This document shows positions 40,947 to 51,272 of a stretch of 64,000 bases of DNA, one piece after another. The stretch is from contig JAYZAY010000056.1 in NCBI GenBank assembly GCA_036339465.1, positions 24,635 through 88,634 of the forward strand. Direction: 5' to 3'. Origin of the DNA: Myxococcota bacterium. GTDB taxonomy: Bacteria > Myxococcota > XYA12-FULL-58-9 > JABJBS01. Made by a program: the position numbers and the translations under genes. Position 1 is the stretch's first letter, and the number at the start of each line of letters is the position of its first letter. The notes beneath the pieces are model-generated. The model had not been told where the DNA came from, searched no databases, and worked only from the letters and a program-made list of their open reading frames with translations.

Positions 40947-43900
40947 ATGGGCAAATTCAGCAAGGGAACATTGTTCAATTCAAACCGACAACGCTCGAAG
41001 TTGGGCTTACTGCTTTTGTTGGGGGTTACAGGGGTGGTGCGGGCTTCGGGAGCGGGGGATGTCGACGGCGATGGTTTACCCGACAGTTGGGAACTCGAGA
41101 AATTTCAAACCCTGGCTTTTACGGGCAGCGGTGATCCCGATGGGGATGGGTTAGACAATCAGACCGAGCATTTAAAGCAGACCGATCCCCTAGATAGGGA
41201 TACGGATTCCGATGGTCTCGCCGATGGATTGGAGGTGGCCGCGGCCCATCGGTCTTCTCCGTTGAAAGCCGATACCGACGGCGATGGTTTGTGCGACGGT
41301 TCCCAAGCAGTCTTTGGGGCGGAAAGCTGTATTGCCGGCGAAGATTTAAACGGCAATGGGATTTGGGATCATCCCCAAAATAGTTCACTAGACGGTGCCA
41401 CCATCACCACCCCCTTCGAAACAGACCCCAGAAACCCCGACACGGATCAAGGAGGGGTGGGAGACGGAGACGAGAAGAAGGGGGGAACCGATCCCGTCCT
41501 TGATGGTACCGACGATGATCGGGATCGGGATGGTTTATCCGATGATATTGAGGATGGAGTCGTTGGGGATCTTGTGGAGGTGTGTCAGGCCATGTCTGGT
41601 GCGTTGCCGGGTGTTTGTGAGACCGTATTTTTTAAGCCGGATACCGACGGTGATGGAGTGTGCGACGGACCCAAAACCGTGACCAAAACCAATGACGACG
41701 GGTTGACCGAAACGGTCTGTGTGGGCGGAGAAATCGAGATACTGACCGTAGCTCCCTTGGTATTTGTCGTAAAGTCATTTCCCAACGCGGATGATTCCGA
41801 CGCTGATGGTTTGTGTGACGGGCCTACTGGAGATGGATGTTTGGGGGGAGATGATGCAGAATCTGCTTTGGGGAGTGACCCTTTGGTCAAAGATTCCGAT
41901 GGGGATGGCTTCGGGGATCTAGCTGAGGTGCTCATCGGCCGGAAATGTGCGTGTCTTTCGCCCACCAAGCGTGATTCCGATGATGATGGGGTCGATGACA
42001 ATCAGGAGTTTAGTTTGGGGGCACCCGTATTGGAGGTGCCAGCTGGGGGAACCTGCTTGGAAGCGCTGAGGAACTTGGGCGCGACCCTGAGTGGTGATCC
42101 CTGTAACGAGGATTCCGACGAGGACGGCTTCTTAGACATCCTCGAATTGGGGGTGGGTTCGTTGGCTCTGGATGACGCGAGTAAACCCGCCGATACCGAT
42201 GGCGATAGATTGCCCGACGTTTTTGAGACTGCTTGGCCCTCCCTCTCTCAGGAGGTCTTAGGAGGGAGCATTAACATCGCAACGGTTTTTTCCACCGGTA
42301 GCTTTATTCAGGCCAGCTTGAATTCAGATGAAGGGGATACCGATACCGATGGGATTTCCGATTTTGACGAAATTATGCGGGGGGAATTCACCGACCCTTT
42401 GAATCCCGATACCGACGGGGATGGGCTGTGTGATGGAGGGGGAAGTTCGGATGGATGTGCGGGTGGAGAAGATACCAACAACGATGGCCTTTTTTCGCAA
42501 GGCTCTGAAACCAGCGCCCTCAAGATCGATACCGACGGTGATGGCCTATGCGATGGTTCGAAGCCTTCGGTGGGAGAAGCGCCCCTTCAATTTCGTGGGG
42601 TGAGCTGTGGTCTCGGTGAAGACCGAGATGGCAATGCCCAATTTGACCCGGAAAGTGAATCCGATCCCAAGTTGGCCGATACCGATGGTGATGGGCTTAA
42701 TGATCTGAATGAAATTATCGTTGAATCCACAGATCCCTTCAATCCCGATACCGACGGTGATGGCTTGAGTGATTTCTTTGAAGTGACTATTCGGGATGGG
42801 GGAAATTGTAGCCAGAGCGAAACCTTTGATCCTATTGAGAGCGAAGGTGACCACGCAGTCTTAGATTACGACAACGATGGTTTGCCCAATGTGATCGAAT
42901 TTAATGGGGGGACCGAGCCCTGTCAGGCGGATACCGATGGGGATGGGCTCTGTGACGGCTCTGTGTTGGTGAGTGATTGTGTCGGTACGGAAGTGGGCGC
43001 AAAGACCCAACCCACCAATCCAGATTCCGATGGAGATGGGCTTTCCGACGGCGTAGAAATGACCGACGATGGGAATTGTCTCGACCCCAATAAGTCCGAT
43101 ACCGATGGTGATGGTTGGAAGGATGGGGAAGAGAAAAACATCTATGGCACCCATCCATGTTTGCCCGACACCGACGGTGATGGTTTGGAAGACCGCAGTG
43201 AATTGACGGGGCTTGGGGCTGACGATTTACCCCTATGCCTTTTTGGGCAGGCTTCTATTACCGATCCCCTCAAGGCCGATACCGACGGTGATTGTCTTTG
43301 TGATGGTCCTTTGGTGCCGGCTCAATGCGATGGCACCTCTTGTGACGACGGTTGTTGTATCGGACCGGAGTTAAACAATGACGATGGATGTTGGTTGGAG
43401 AGAGAGGAGGGGAACCCCCTCAAGGCGGATACCGACGGTGATGGTCTTTGTGATGGTCCCTTGGGGGCGGTGGATGCCAATGACTTGAAGGATTGCTTGG
43501 GGGGCGAGGATTTGGATGGTGATGGCAACAAGTCCGAAACTGAGACATCCCCGATTCTATCCGACAGCGACGGTGATGGTTTGGCAGATGGCTGCGTGAC
43601 CTCGATCTCCCCTTGTGAAGATAAGAATCGCAATGGTGCTGTGGACCCAGGGGAGACAGACCCACTTAAGTCCGATACCGATGGGGGCGGCGCCAGTGAT
43701 GGGGCTGAATTCAATGGTTTTTCCGACAATAAAGGCTTGGTCTTTCCCGTAGAGGGCATAGGACAAACCGATCCCTTGGATCCTTGTGACGACCGGCCTC
43801 TGGATAAACGCAGCGAAGATGGGTTTTGGGACAAGGACCAAGATGGGGTTCCCGATCATGTGGAGTTGAGTCTGGGACTAAATCGTGAGCACCCAGACAG

Positions 43901-44468
43901 CGATGGTGATGGCTTAGGAGACGCTACAGAGCTGACTTTTACTCGCCCAGCTTCTTTGAATCCCGGGCCTGGAGAAGAGCGCTGTTTTGCCTTTGTCAGT
44001 TTGAATACCGACATGTTGGACGAGATCGATGCTTTGGATCTAGACAGCGACAATGATGGAGTCTTGGATTCTGAGGAATGGTTTGGGTGTAATCCAGAAG
44101 AGCGATTCATATTAATGGAAGACGTGACCCTTCTTGGTGGCACGGAGAAGGTTTCTGTGTGTGTTAAAAATACCGATGTGAATGCCGATGGCATTTTTGA
44201 CCAGTGTCACTTGTCTGATTTTGACGAAGATGGAATCGCCGATGTCCGGGACCTTGATTCCGACAACGGCGATTTCCCCGACGGGGATGAAAAACGATTT
44301 CAAACCAACCGCTGTGACCCATCAGATGATGGGCGGGGGCGGTTGGAGGTCAATGGGAAGATTGGCGGGGGAAGCTGCGCTTCCATTGGCGGGGGCTATT
44401 CGCTGTGGGCCATGGTTCTTTTGTGCTTGATGGGATTCATGAGAAGACGAAAAAACGAGTTCCGATAA
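40947..44468 (+). CDS. Large Ca-binding repeat surface protein with MYXO-CTERM-like tail
   Basis: Signal peptide; over 30 DxDxDG-type repeats, many followed by LCDG; C-terminal GGGSCAS...hydrophobic...RRRK; AAGGAGG RBS. Confidence 0.85.
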   Translation: MGKFSKGTLFNSNRQRSKLGLLLLLGVTGVVRASGAGDVDGDGLPDSWELEKFQTLAFTGSGDPDGDGLDNQTEHLKQTDPLDRDTDSDGLADGLEVAAAHRSSPLKADTDGDGLCDGSQAVFGAESCIAGEDLNGNGIWDHPQNSSLDGATITTPFETDPRNPDTDQGGVGDGDEKKGGTDPVLDGTDDDRDRDGLSDDIEDGVVGDLVEVCQAMSGALPGVCETVFFKPDTDGDGVCDGPKTVTKTNDDGLTETVCVGGEIEILTVAPLVFVVKSFPNADDSDADGLCDGPTGDGCLGGDDAESALGSDPLVKDSDGDGFGDLAEVLIGRKCACLSPTKRDSDDDGVDDNQEFSLGAPVLEVPAGGTCLEALRNLGATLSGDPCNEDSDEDGFLDILELGVGSLALDDASKPADTDGDRLPDVFETAWPSLSQEVLGGSINIATVFSTGSFIQASLNSDEGDTDTDGISDFDEIMRGEFTDPLNPDTDGDGLCDGGGSSDGCAGGEDTNNDGLFSQGSETSALKIDTDGDGLCDGSKPSVGEAPLQFRGVSCGLGEDRDGNAQFDPESESDPKLADTDGDGLNDLNEIIVESTDPFNPDTDGDGLSDFFEVTIRDGGNCSQSETFDPIESEGDHAVLDYDNDGLPNVIEFNGGTEPCQADTDGDGLCDGSVLVSDCVGTEVGAKTQPTNPDSDGDGLSDGVEMTDDGNCLDPNKSDTDGDGWKDGEEKNIYGTHPCLPDTDGDGLEDRSELTGLGADDLPLCLFGQASITDPLKADTDGDCLCDGPLVPAQCDGTSCDDGCCIGPELNNDDGCWLEREEGNPLKADTDGDGLCDGPLGAVDANDLKDCLGGEDLDGDGNKSETETSPILSDSDGDGLADGCVTSISPCEDKNRNGAVDPGETDPLKSDTDGGGASDGAEFNGFSDNKGLVFPVEGIGQTDPLDPCDDRPLDKRSEDGFWDKDQDGVPDHVELSLGLNREHPDSDGDGLGDATELTFTRPASLNPGPGEERCFAFVSLNTDMLDEIDALDLDSDNDGVLDSEEWFGCNPEERFILMEDVTLLGGTEKVSVCVKNTDVNADGIFDQCHLSDFDEDGIADVRDLDSDNGDFPDGDEKRFQTNRCDPSDDGRGRLEVNGKIGGGSCASIGGGYSLWAMVLLCLMGFMRRRKNEFR

Positions 44469-44578
44469 TCGGCAACCCATGAGCGAAAAAGCTTCGAAGG
44501 CTTTGGCGCACGAGAAACAGAACTGTGTGCTTTTATGAACCCTTATTTTACGAGGCAGGAGAGCATGAAGAGAAGGGC

Positions 44579-45505
44579 TTAGTGCTCTTTTTTACGGAAG
44601 ATAAAAAGGCAAGTGATGATAATGACCGCGGAGACCAGAGTTGCTATTTGGGGATGAATCTGAGCCACTTCCACAGGCGCACGGCTCTGTCCCAAAAGCT
44701 CCTGTCCCCGGCCGATGGCGAGGCTGATGCGTCCCATCACCGTAAAGCCGAAGGATGCACCGAAGCTAATCATGAGCACCATGACCCCAAATCGGGTGAG
44801 TAGATGTTTGTAAGGGCTCAAGGTGAGGAATGGGGCCGCGGCGCAAAGCCCGAGTCCCAGACCTACGGCGATTTTACCACCCGTGCTCTCAATGGGCGCC
44901 ATGGTCAAAGCGCAAGCCATCACGAGTACGAAGGTCACGATCCCCATAGGAACCCCAAGCCGCTGACTGCGGGCATCGATTTCACTGAAGTAGAAGTGAA
45001 TGAGGCAGGCCGATAAGCCCACCACCAAAAGTGTATCGCTGATGACGCCCGCTCCGTCTGCTTCCCAATTCCAGAGACCATGCTTGTCCCAGGATTCACT
45101 CATGTTGGGAAAACTTGCACCAATTTGCCCGATGAGTTTGCCACTGGTTTCACCGGTGATTTTCACTGCGGCGTAGGCAGCCACCAAGATGGCGATGGGC
45201 ACCCGAGCCACCCAGGCGTATTTGGGGCTGATTTTGAAGAGCAGCATCACCGAGAGAACCAGGGGAATAAGATAAATCAACTGATCGGATTCTCCGGAAA
45301 ATCCTTGGCCTATTTTGTCGAAAAGGTTTGGCTTAAGCAGATTCCAATAGGCTTCCACGATGCCATAACCAGTAGCGACACCCATAAAGAGGTGCTCGGC
45401 CACCTTGTAAATCGGGTTGTCGTCGAAAAGAAATGAGAGTACGGTGAGGGTCAAAAAGATACTGACCCAAGCGCCCACGAGCTGAGCGAAAGCCATTTCT
45501 TCCAT
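44579..45505 (-). CDS. Polytopic membrane protein (GlmL-like operon)
   Basis: LTLTVLSFLFDDNPIYKVAEHLFMG, MISFGASFGFTVMGR; about 8-9 TM; start ATG 45505 after GAGGAGG. Confidence 0.85.
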   Translation of the reverse strand: MEEMAFAQLVGAWVSIFLTLTVLSFLFDDNPIYKVAEHLFMGVATGYGIVEAYWNLLKPNLFDKIGQGFSGESDQLIYLIPLVLSVMLLFKISPKYAWVARVPIAILVAAYAAVKITGETSGKLIGQIGASFPNMSESWDKHGLWNWEADGAGVISDTLLVVGLSACLIHFYFSEIDARSQRLGVPMGIVTFVLVMACALTMAPIESTGGKIAVGLGLGLCAAAPFLTLSPYKHLLTRFGVMVLMISFGASFGFTVMGRISLAIGRGQELLGQSRAPVEVAQIHPQIATLVSAVIIITCLFIFRKKEH

Positions 45506-45506
45506 C

Positions 45507-46361
45507 TTAGGCCTCCTCAATGCGGCGGGTAATGAAGAATGCGATATTACCCATGATGATTAAGACAATAATAAAAACGTGTCCAAGATTCAGAACGTCC
45601 ATGGCAGCGGTGGCCAAAAGCTTGACCCCGGGGGCCGGCTTGTCTTTCCAAACCAATTTTTCGTATTGCGCTGAGCCGGGCATCCCCATACTCAGGCCCT
45701 TGAGCTGACCGGATTTGTAAAATGGGATATAGTCGGGGCCGCCTACTGCGGTACAAACGCCCACCATATTGAGGTTGTATTGACCTTGGATCTGCAACAC
45801 GTATTCGTTTAGGCCGGGAAAGCCGGCTGAAATACTTACGATTAATGGAAAATCCTTGGCTTGGCGACGCCCTTGCATAATCGGGAGATCCGGCAGTGGC
45901 GTGCCGTCGTAATCTGTGGGGAATTGCTGAAAGATATTTTGGCCGATGTTTTTGATGACCAGCTCTTTACCTTCTTTATAACCGAGAAAGACAAAGTCTT
46001 CGCCGTATTTCTTATTGTAGGTTTTGGCGATGGCCTTAATTTCTGGAAGCACCAGTGGAATGGCCGTGGGCCACAACGTCACCAACACTGGCTTCAGGTT
46101 GCGCCGGAAGAGGTGATGGAGGTGGGTGGTAAAGAACGGGCCGATTTCTGGGACCGACGCAGGGTCAAAGTCAGCTGAAATCAAGACGGCGCTTCCCTCG
46201 GGAAGTTTTTCCACTTGCCGATAGACATCCCGCACTTCCTTGTCCACGCGAAAGGGTAATTGGAGCGGAAATACCAAGGGGATAAAAATGGCAATGGCCA
46301 TGCCCAGGAAAACCCAGCGGCGGTCCATGCGTTGAAATTTAATAAGCCATTCTAGCATCAA
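45507..46361 (-). CDS. Membrane-anchored protein with large extracytoplasmic domain (GlmL-like operon)
   Basis: N- and C-terminal TMs; YGEDFVFLGY, PFYKSGQLKGL..G..GSAQYE. Confidence 0.85.
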   Translation of the reverse strand: MMLEWLIKFQRMDRRWVFLGMAIAIFIPLVFPLQLPFRVDKEVRDVYRQVEKLPEGSAVLISADFDPASVPEIGPFFTTHLHHLFRRNLKPVLVTLWPTAIPLVLPEIKAIAKTYNKKYGEDFVFLGYKEGKELVIKNIGQNIFQQFPTDYDGTPLPDLPIMQGRRQAKDFPLIVSISAGFPGLNEYVLQIQGQYNLNMVGVCTAVGGPDYIPFYKSGQLKGLSMGMPGSAQYEKLVWKDKPAPGVKLLATAAMDVLNLGHVFIIVLIIMGNIAFFITRRIEEA

Positions 46362-46996
46362 TCACTCCCTAGGTGGCTGCGTTCGATTCCCAAAATAATA
46401 CGCACACCGGTTGCAATGGCGCCGAGAGCGGCTCCCACGAAGATGGCACGCCGGGCGGCGACGTTAGGAACATCCATCAACCAGTTTTGAAAAACAGATA
46501 AGTAACTACCAATCACCGGGATTTGTTCTCCAATGGGCACCCGCGCCAACATGACGATGCAGGCGGCGACCAGGAGAACTGTGGCTTCGGCGTTTCGGGC
46601 GCGAAAGGCGCGAAAGGCGGCGGAGGCGATATAGAATGCCAAGAGGGAGAACATAGTGGCATTGAGGGGCACCAGGAGGAAATCAAAGAGCCACTTATAG
46701 ACCATGCCGTCCTCCATTCTGGGACCGGCCTCCCAGAACCCAAAAAAGGTGGTGACCACCATGGAACCCAGCATAATTGCTTTGTAAATCCAATCGGGCT
46801 GACGTTCGAGCACACGGGGCAGGTTGACTTGAGTGAGGTTGATAACCCCCAAGAGAAAGGCGACGCCCGCGATGACGGTGCCAAATTCAAGCACCAGGGT
46901 TTTGATGTGTTGATAGTACCAATGTGGGATGAAAAATTCTCCCAGCATGAATACACCCACGATAAACGTAATAATCAAGGGAAGCGTGGTACGCAT
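46358..46996 (-). CDS. Polytopic membrane protein (GlmL-like operon)
   Basis: TMFSLLAFYIASAAFRAFRAR, AARRAIFVGAALG; about 6 TM. Confidence 0.85.
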   Translation of the reverse strand: MRTTLPLIITFIVGVFMLGEFFIPHWYYQHIKTLVLEFGTVIAGVAFLLGVINLTQVNLPRVLERQPDWIYKAIMLGSMVVTTFFGFWEAGPRMEDGMVYKWLFDFLLVPLNATMFSLLAFYIASAAFRAFRARNAEATVLLVAACIVMLARVPIGEQIPVIGSYLSVFQNWLMDVPNVAARRAIFVGAALGAIATGVRIILGIERSHLGSD

Positions 46997-46999
46997 GGC

Positions 47000-48328
47000 T
47001 TAACCTCCCGCCAGTTGGAAAAGGGGTGGAATAAAATTGAAGCCCAAACTCACAGTCACCGTGCCGATGACCAAAAGGCCCACGGTGGCAATTTTGACCC
47101 AGTCGGATGCTTTCAGGGATGAAACCAACCGGGCATCTTGGCTGAGATAAGCGGAAACCGCGAAAAGTTCTTCGCCGATAAGGGTGTAATCACAGGCGGC
47201 GATGAAGAAGGGAAGTTGGGTTGCTTCTGCGGTGCCTGCAATCTGAATGGACTGATTTACATAGCCGGTTTCTGCGAGAATAAGTGATTCGGCGAAAAAC
47301 CGGCCCAAATAAATATTGGTTGCCGGCTTCTGACGGTGCATGATCCCGTTGGTTCCCGCGCAAAATGCGAATTGGTCAGAGGCAATGAAGCGAACGCTGG
47401 TGGGGTCGAAAGCATCGGGATGCCCGGCGCGGTAATAGCCTGATTTGACCACCTCATCAGCAACCTCTCGGACGATGGGCACGCAACAGGAAACGATAAC
47501 ATCAGTTTGATATTCCGCGATGGTCTTAGATACTTCACCGAGAATCAACATGGAGGCAATGGTTTGAATATCCTCTAGAGAATCGATGCCCGGCACATAA
47601 AGTACTGGCCGGCCCATTTCCGTGGCTCGGCCAATGCCTTCTTCAATGGCGTCGATGCCGGGAATGCGGCGGATCTTAATCTCGTTGCCTTGCCGGACTT
47701 GATGGGTAAAGAAGAAAATCATACCCGTCACGGAGACAATTAAGGCCAAAAGTAACCAGATCCCAGGAATATTTTTGAACCAATGCGCGACCGTATCGCC
47801 TTCGCCGGCCACACTTCGAATGGCGGCTGCCACGATTGCATCGCCGGTGATTTCTTTGGTGACTTTGAAATCCTTGGGAAGCACGACCACGCGGTACCAG
47901 TAGTGGTCCGCTGGCGGGTTTTTGGAAACATCGTCGGTGACCTTATCGGTGTAGGTGAGTTTGTCGGGGCTAAGTCCTGTTTTGGCGATGGTCCATGGGC
48001 CGTTTGGGCTCTTGGCAGAGCGCACCACCGCAATCTTATTGTCGGCAGCGGTGGTGATGGTCCAATCCAGTTTTAAATGTAAGCCACTGCCATTATCGGG
48101 GGCTATCACCGTCAAAGTAGGGGCAACCTCTTTGAAGGCGACTTTCTCTGCGGCGGGTACGGCTTCACCTTCGGCCGCGGTTTCGCTCTCCGTTTCATCT
48201 ACAGCGGGAGCGGCTTCGGCGGCCTCTCCTGTGGGAGCATCTTGCGCGCCTGCGGGCAATGCCCACAGCAACGATGCGAACAAAAGAGGAAATGCAGGCA
48301 AAATAGGAAATGCAGGGGTTCGTTTCAT
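47000..48328 (-). CDS. DUF6754-like membrane protein with N-terminal Fn3-like domain
   Basis: Signal peptide, Fn3-like YTD...YWYRV, TM, IRRIPGIDAIEEGIGRATEMGRP, CDYTLIGEELFA. Confidence 0.8.
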   Translation of the reverse strand: MKRTPAFPILPAFPLLFASLLWALPAGAQDAPTGEAAEAAPAVDETESETAAEGEAVPAAEKVAFKEVAPTLTVIAPDNGSGLHLKLDWTITTAADNKIAVVRSAKSPNGPWTIAKTGLSPDKLTYTDKVTDDVSKNPPADHYWYRVVVLPKDFKVTKEITGDAIVAAAIRSVAGEGDTVAHWFKNIPGIWLLLALIVSVTGMIFFFTHQVRQGNEIKIRRIPGIDAIEEGIGRATEMGRPVLYVPGIDSLEDIQTIASMLILGEVSKTIAEYQTDVIVSCCVPIVREVADEVVKSGYYRAGHPDAFDPTSVRFIASDQFAFCAGTNGIMHRQKPATNIYLGRFFAESLILAETGYVNQSIQIAGTAEATQLPFFIAACDYTLIGEELFAVSAYLSQDARLVSSLKASDWVKIATVGLLVIGTVTVSLGFNFIPPLFQLAGG

Positions 48329-49452
48329 TCTTGGATACTCTCCACGTTGGCGCGGGGCAACATCGCGGTTTTGCCGTCTTTGAATTCCACTTCCATGATT
48401 CGAACTTTGGTCTCTGATTCCAGGGTCATTAAGTCTACGGGGAGAGACTTCACTCGGCCGATTTCCCCGAAATAGGGAGACCGGATGCCTCGGATGTTAT
48501 CGCCGAGCTGGATCCCTGTGGGATCGGGTGGTGTCCAACGCTCCGTGAGTGCTTCGGCGCAGTCGTCGGTGATGACCACTTCGGGCCGAATAACCCCGGC
48601 GCGGATCTGGGTGGCGCCATTGATGGAGGCCCGCTCTCCGATGTGTTCTTTGAGGAGCGCGAAGGTTGCGGGGGCCATTTGGATGTGTCCAAAGCCTTCG
48701 GTGACCACCAAGGTAAGGCCCAAGGCTTCGTTTCCTGTAATGGCCACGCCTACTTCGTAGCCTAGAAGTTCCTTTATATCGTCGTAATCAAAACCGCCGG
48801 TGACCAAGCCTGCCACCCCCACTTCCACGGCCCGGGCTAGGGCTTCGAGGGTAAGGTAGGCGCCGCCCACCACGATTTTTCCTGTCATGTCGGCACGAAT
48901 ATTTTTCGCTTCCAGCACATCGGTGGGATTTTCGACGCCCAAGACCAAATTGCCTTTGGTTTCTCCGCCGAGTCCGAAAATCCCTTGCACCAAGGCAGCC
49001 TTGGCTTGAACCACGCAACCCTCGTTTTTGTGGACTTCCACCAAATGACCATTGATATAGGCATCCACTTCCACGGGGATGGGATGGGATTGAAAAATAA
49101 CTTCGCCGGAAACCGAGGAGATGCTTTCAATGGTTCCGGACACGATGGCTGCAGACTCGGATTTAAAGAACCCAAAAATACCAGGTGTCGAAGCGATGAC
49201 CTCGCCTTCGGTGACCGTGTCGCCAGCCTTTTTTCGCATGAAATCCTTCAAGCGAGCGGCGGAAACGCCCAATTGATTGGCGACGTTGATGGGATAGATT
49301 TTACCGGGAAGCTGGGTACGGGCCACGATATCGTCCGCTGAAACCTTATCGCCAACTTTGACCAAAACCTCACCCTCGAGGGGCAGGCGCCGGTCTTTGA
49401 TGACCACCGTTTCTGCGGCCACTTTCAGGCCCGGGGTAAAAATAGCTGCCAT
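48325..49452 (-). CDS. Hypothetical protein with barrel-sandwich-hybrid-like repeats and KOW-like tail
   Basis: VLVKVGDKV..DDIVA and KAGDTV..GEVIA; VQGIFG; TQIRAGVIRPE; GDNIRGIRSPYFG. Confidence 0.85.
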   Translation of the reverse strand: MAAIFTPGLKVAAETVVIKDRRLPLEGEVLVKVGDKVSADDIVARTQLPGKIYPINVANQLGVSAARLKDFMRKKAGDTVTEGEVIASTPGIFGFFKSESAAIVSGTIESISSVSGEVIFQSHPIPVEVDAYINGHLVEVHKNEGCVVQAKAALVQGIFGLGGETKGNLVLGVENPTDVLEAKNIRADMTGKIVVGGAYLTLEALARAVEVGVAGLVTGGFDYDDIKELLGYEVGVAITGNEALGLTLVVTEGFGHIQMAPATFALLKEHIGERASINGATQIRAGVIRPEVVITDDCAEALTERWTPPDPTGIQLGDNIRGIRSPYFGEIGRVKSLPVDLMTLESETKVRIMEVEFKDGKTAMLPRANVESIQE

Positions 49453-49454
49453 GG

Positions 49455-51272
49455 CTACACGCCCTCCGCGTTAGGATACGCACCCATGCCGTTGACCCAG
49501 TCTTTGAGTAAGGGCGTGCGTTCTGATTGATTCTTGGGCAGTCGAATGGCGCGACCTCGCGTATCAAAGACCAGTCCCACCACACCACCCCGTAGTTTGC
49601 CGGTGAAGGCTTTGCCCAGTCCTTCACCGATGTCGAGATCCGGCTGGAGGGGGGTGATGGTTGCTTCGGCTTCCGTATCCGGTCCGCATTGAATGAGTTC
49701 GAGTTGGTCGGCATGGATGGTTTTATCCACAGAATCGCCACCGGGCAGTTTGAGCTGAATCCGAAGCACAGGTTTTTCGGGGCGTAAGGGTCCGATGGGG
49801 GCAACACAGGTGCCGAGGTAAATGATGCAATCTTTTTCGAAAACTTCCGTGGCCGCTTCTTCGTTCACCGTTGACAAGACGCCCAAGTGGGGCATCATGA
49901 AAATGGAGTCCACCGCGATTTCCGTAATGCCCTCAGGCGCATAGGCATCAATCATCATGTACATGGATTGTACGCGGCGCGGTGCATGGGAAAGCACACC
50001 GCCGGATCCCACGATGAGATTCAGGTTCATCATCTTCACCAATGAATTGTCTTCGCTTTGCCGAAAAGCGTCGGCGATGGTTCGTTGCTTTTGAATTCCC
50101 TTCAGGCCCACGGCAAATTCTTTGTGTTGCACGAAGGCCAGTCGAAGCGCTTCGCGGGCAATGGCTTGCTCGATCTGCAATTCCTCAAGGGATTGTGGAA
50201 TGGTGGTTGGGCGAATCATTTTATTGCCGATTCGATTTCGAAGCTGTTTTTCGTTGATATCGAATGGTACCCACCGCAGTACATTGGGAAGACCCGCTTC
50301 GGCCAAGACATTACTCACCGAATAGCTCATGCCCAGGTTGGCGGAGACAGTCCGGTTAAAGATCCCTTCGAAAACACTGAAGACGTCTGTGGTGGCACCG
50401 CCGATATCCACCCCGAGAATATTGATGCCTTTTTTCTTGGCGATGGTTTGCATAATCAAACCCACAGCACCGGGGGTGGGCATAATGGGAGCGTCGGCCC
50501 AGCCCATGAGTTTGTCGTATCCAGGTGCCTGGGCCATGACGTGTTCCATAAAGAGGTCATGGATTTTATCCCGGGCTGGCCCAAGATTTTCCCGTTCCAT
50601 TTCCGGACGGACATTTTCAATTAAATCAAGCGCCGAAACATCTTTAAGCAGAGAGTCGACGTCGTCTCGTACGTCTTGGTTGCCCGCAAAAATAATAGGT
50701 AGGTTGAAGCCGCCACCCAATCGAGTTCGAGGTCGGGCGGCGCGTATCCGTTCGGCCAAGGTGACCACATGCTTTTTGGTGCCACCGTCTACCCCACCGG
50801 CCAATAAAATCATGTCCGGTCGAAGCTGCCGAATTCGCTCGATTTGTTCGTGGGCGGGGCGATTGTCGTTGGATGCAAAAGTATCCATCACGATGGCGCC
50901 GGCGCCAAGGGCGGCTCTGGCGGCGGATTCGGCGGTCATGGATTTCACCACCCCTCCCACCACCAATTGCAGACCGCCACCGGCTGAAGAAGTCGAGATA
51001 TAAAGGTCGACGCCCTGTCCATCCACATCGGGGGTCTTGATGGAAGTGCCCTCCACGAGGGCTCGGCCCGAGAGTTCTTGGACCTCCATCGCGGCGTTAA
51101 GCACCCCTCGGGTGACGTCTTCGAAAGGTGCCTCGACGGTGGTGGGCGCTTCGCCTCGATAGGTTTGGCGCCAAGAGTCACCGATTTTCTCGATGAGAAT
51201 GGCTTTGGTTGTGGTGCTGCCACAGTCGGTGGCTAAAACACTTCGAATTTCACGGGGGGCAGCATCGGTCAT
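49455..51272 (-). CDS. GlmL/MutL (glutamate mutase L)-like actin-fold ATPase
   Basis: DCGSTTTK, SSAGGGL, LAGGVDGG, MPTPGAV, DIGGATTDV, GSGGVL. Confidence 0.9.
   Translation of the reverse strand: MTDAAPREIRSVLATDCGSTTTKAILIEKIGDSWRQTYRGEAPTTVEAPFEDVTRGVLNAAMEVQELSGRALVEGTSIKTPDVDGQGVDLYISTSSAGGGLQLVVGGVVKSMTAESAARAALGAGAIVMDTFASNDNRPAHEQIERIRQLRPDMILLAGGVDGGTKKHVVTLAERIRAARPRTRLGGGFNLPIIFAGNQDVRDDVDSLLKDVSALDLIENVRPEMERENLGPARDKIHDLFMEHVMAQAPGYDKLMGWADAPIMPTPGAVGLIMQTIAKKKGINILGVDIGGATTDVFSVFEGIFNRTVSANLGMSYSVSNVLAEAGLPNVLRWVPFDINEKQLRNRIGNKMIRPTTIPQSLEELQIEQAIAREALRLAFVQHKEFAVGLKGIQKQRTIADAFRQSEDNSLVKMMNLNLIVGSGGVLSHAPRRVQSMYMMIDAYAPEGITEIAVDSIFMMPHLGVLSTVNEEAATEVFEKDCIIYLGTCVAPIGPLRPEKPVLRIQLKLPGGDSVDKTIHADQLELIQCGPDTEAEATITPLQPDLDIGEGLGKAFTGKLRGGVVGLVFDTRGRAIRLPKNQSERTPLLKDWVNGMGAYPNAEGV

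Noticed and set aside
49455..51272. DNA mismatch-repair MutL or a functional glutamate mutase locus
   Set aside because: Motifs are actin-fold rather than GHKL; no GlmS/GlmE in the window
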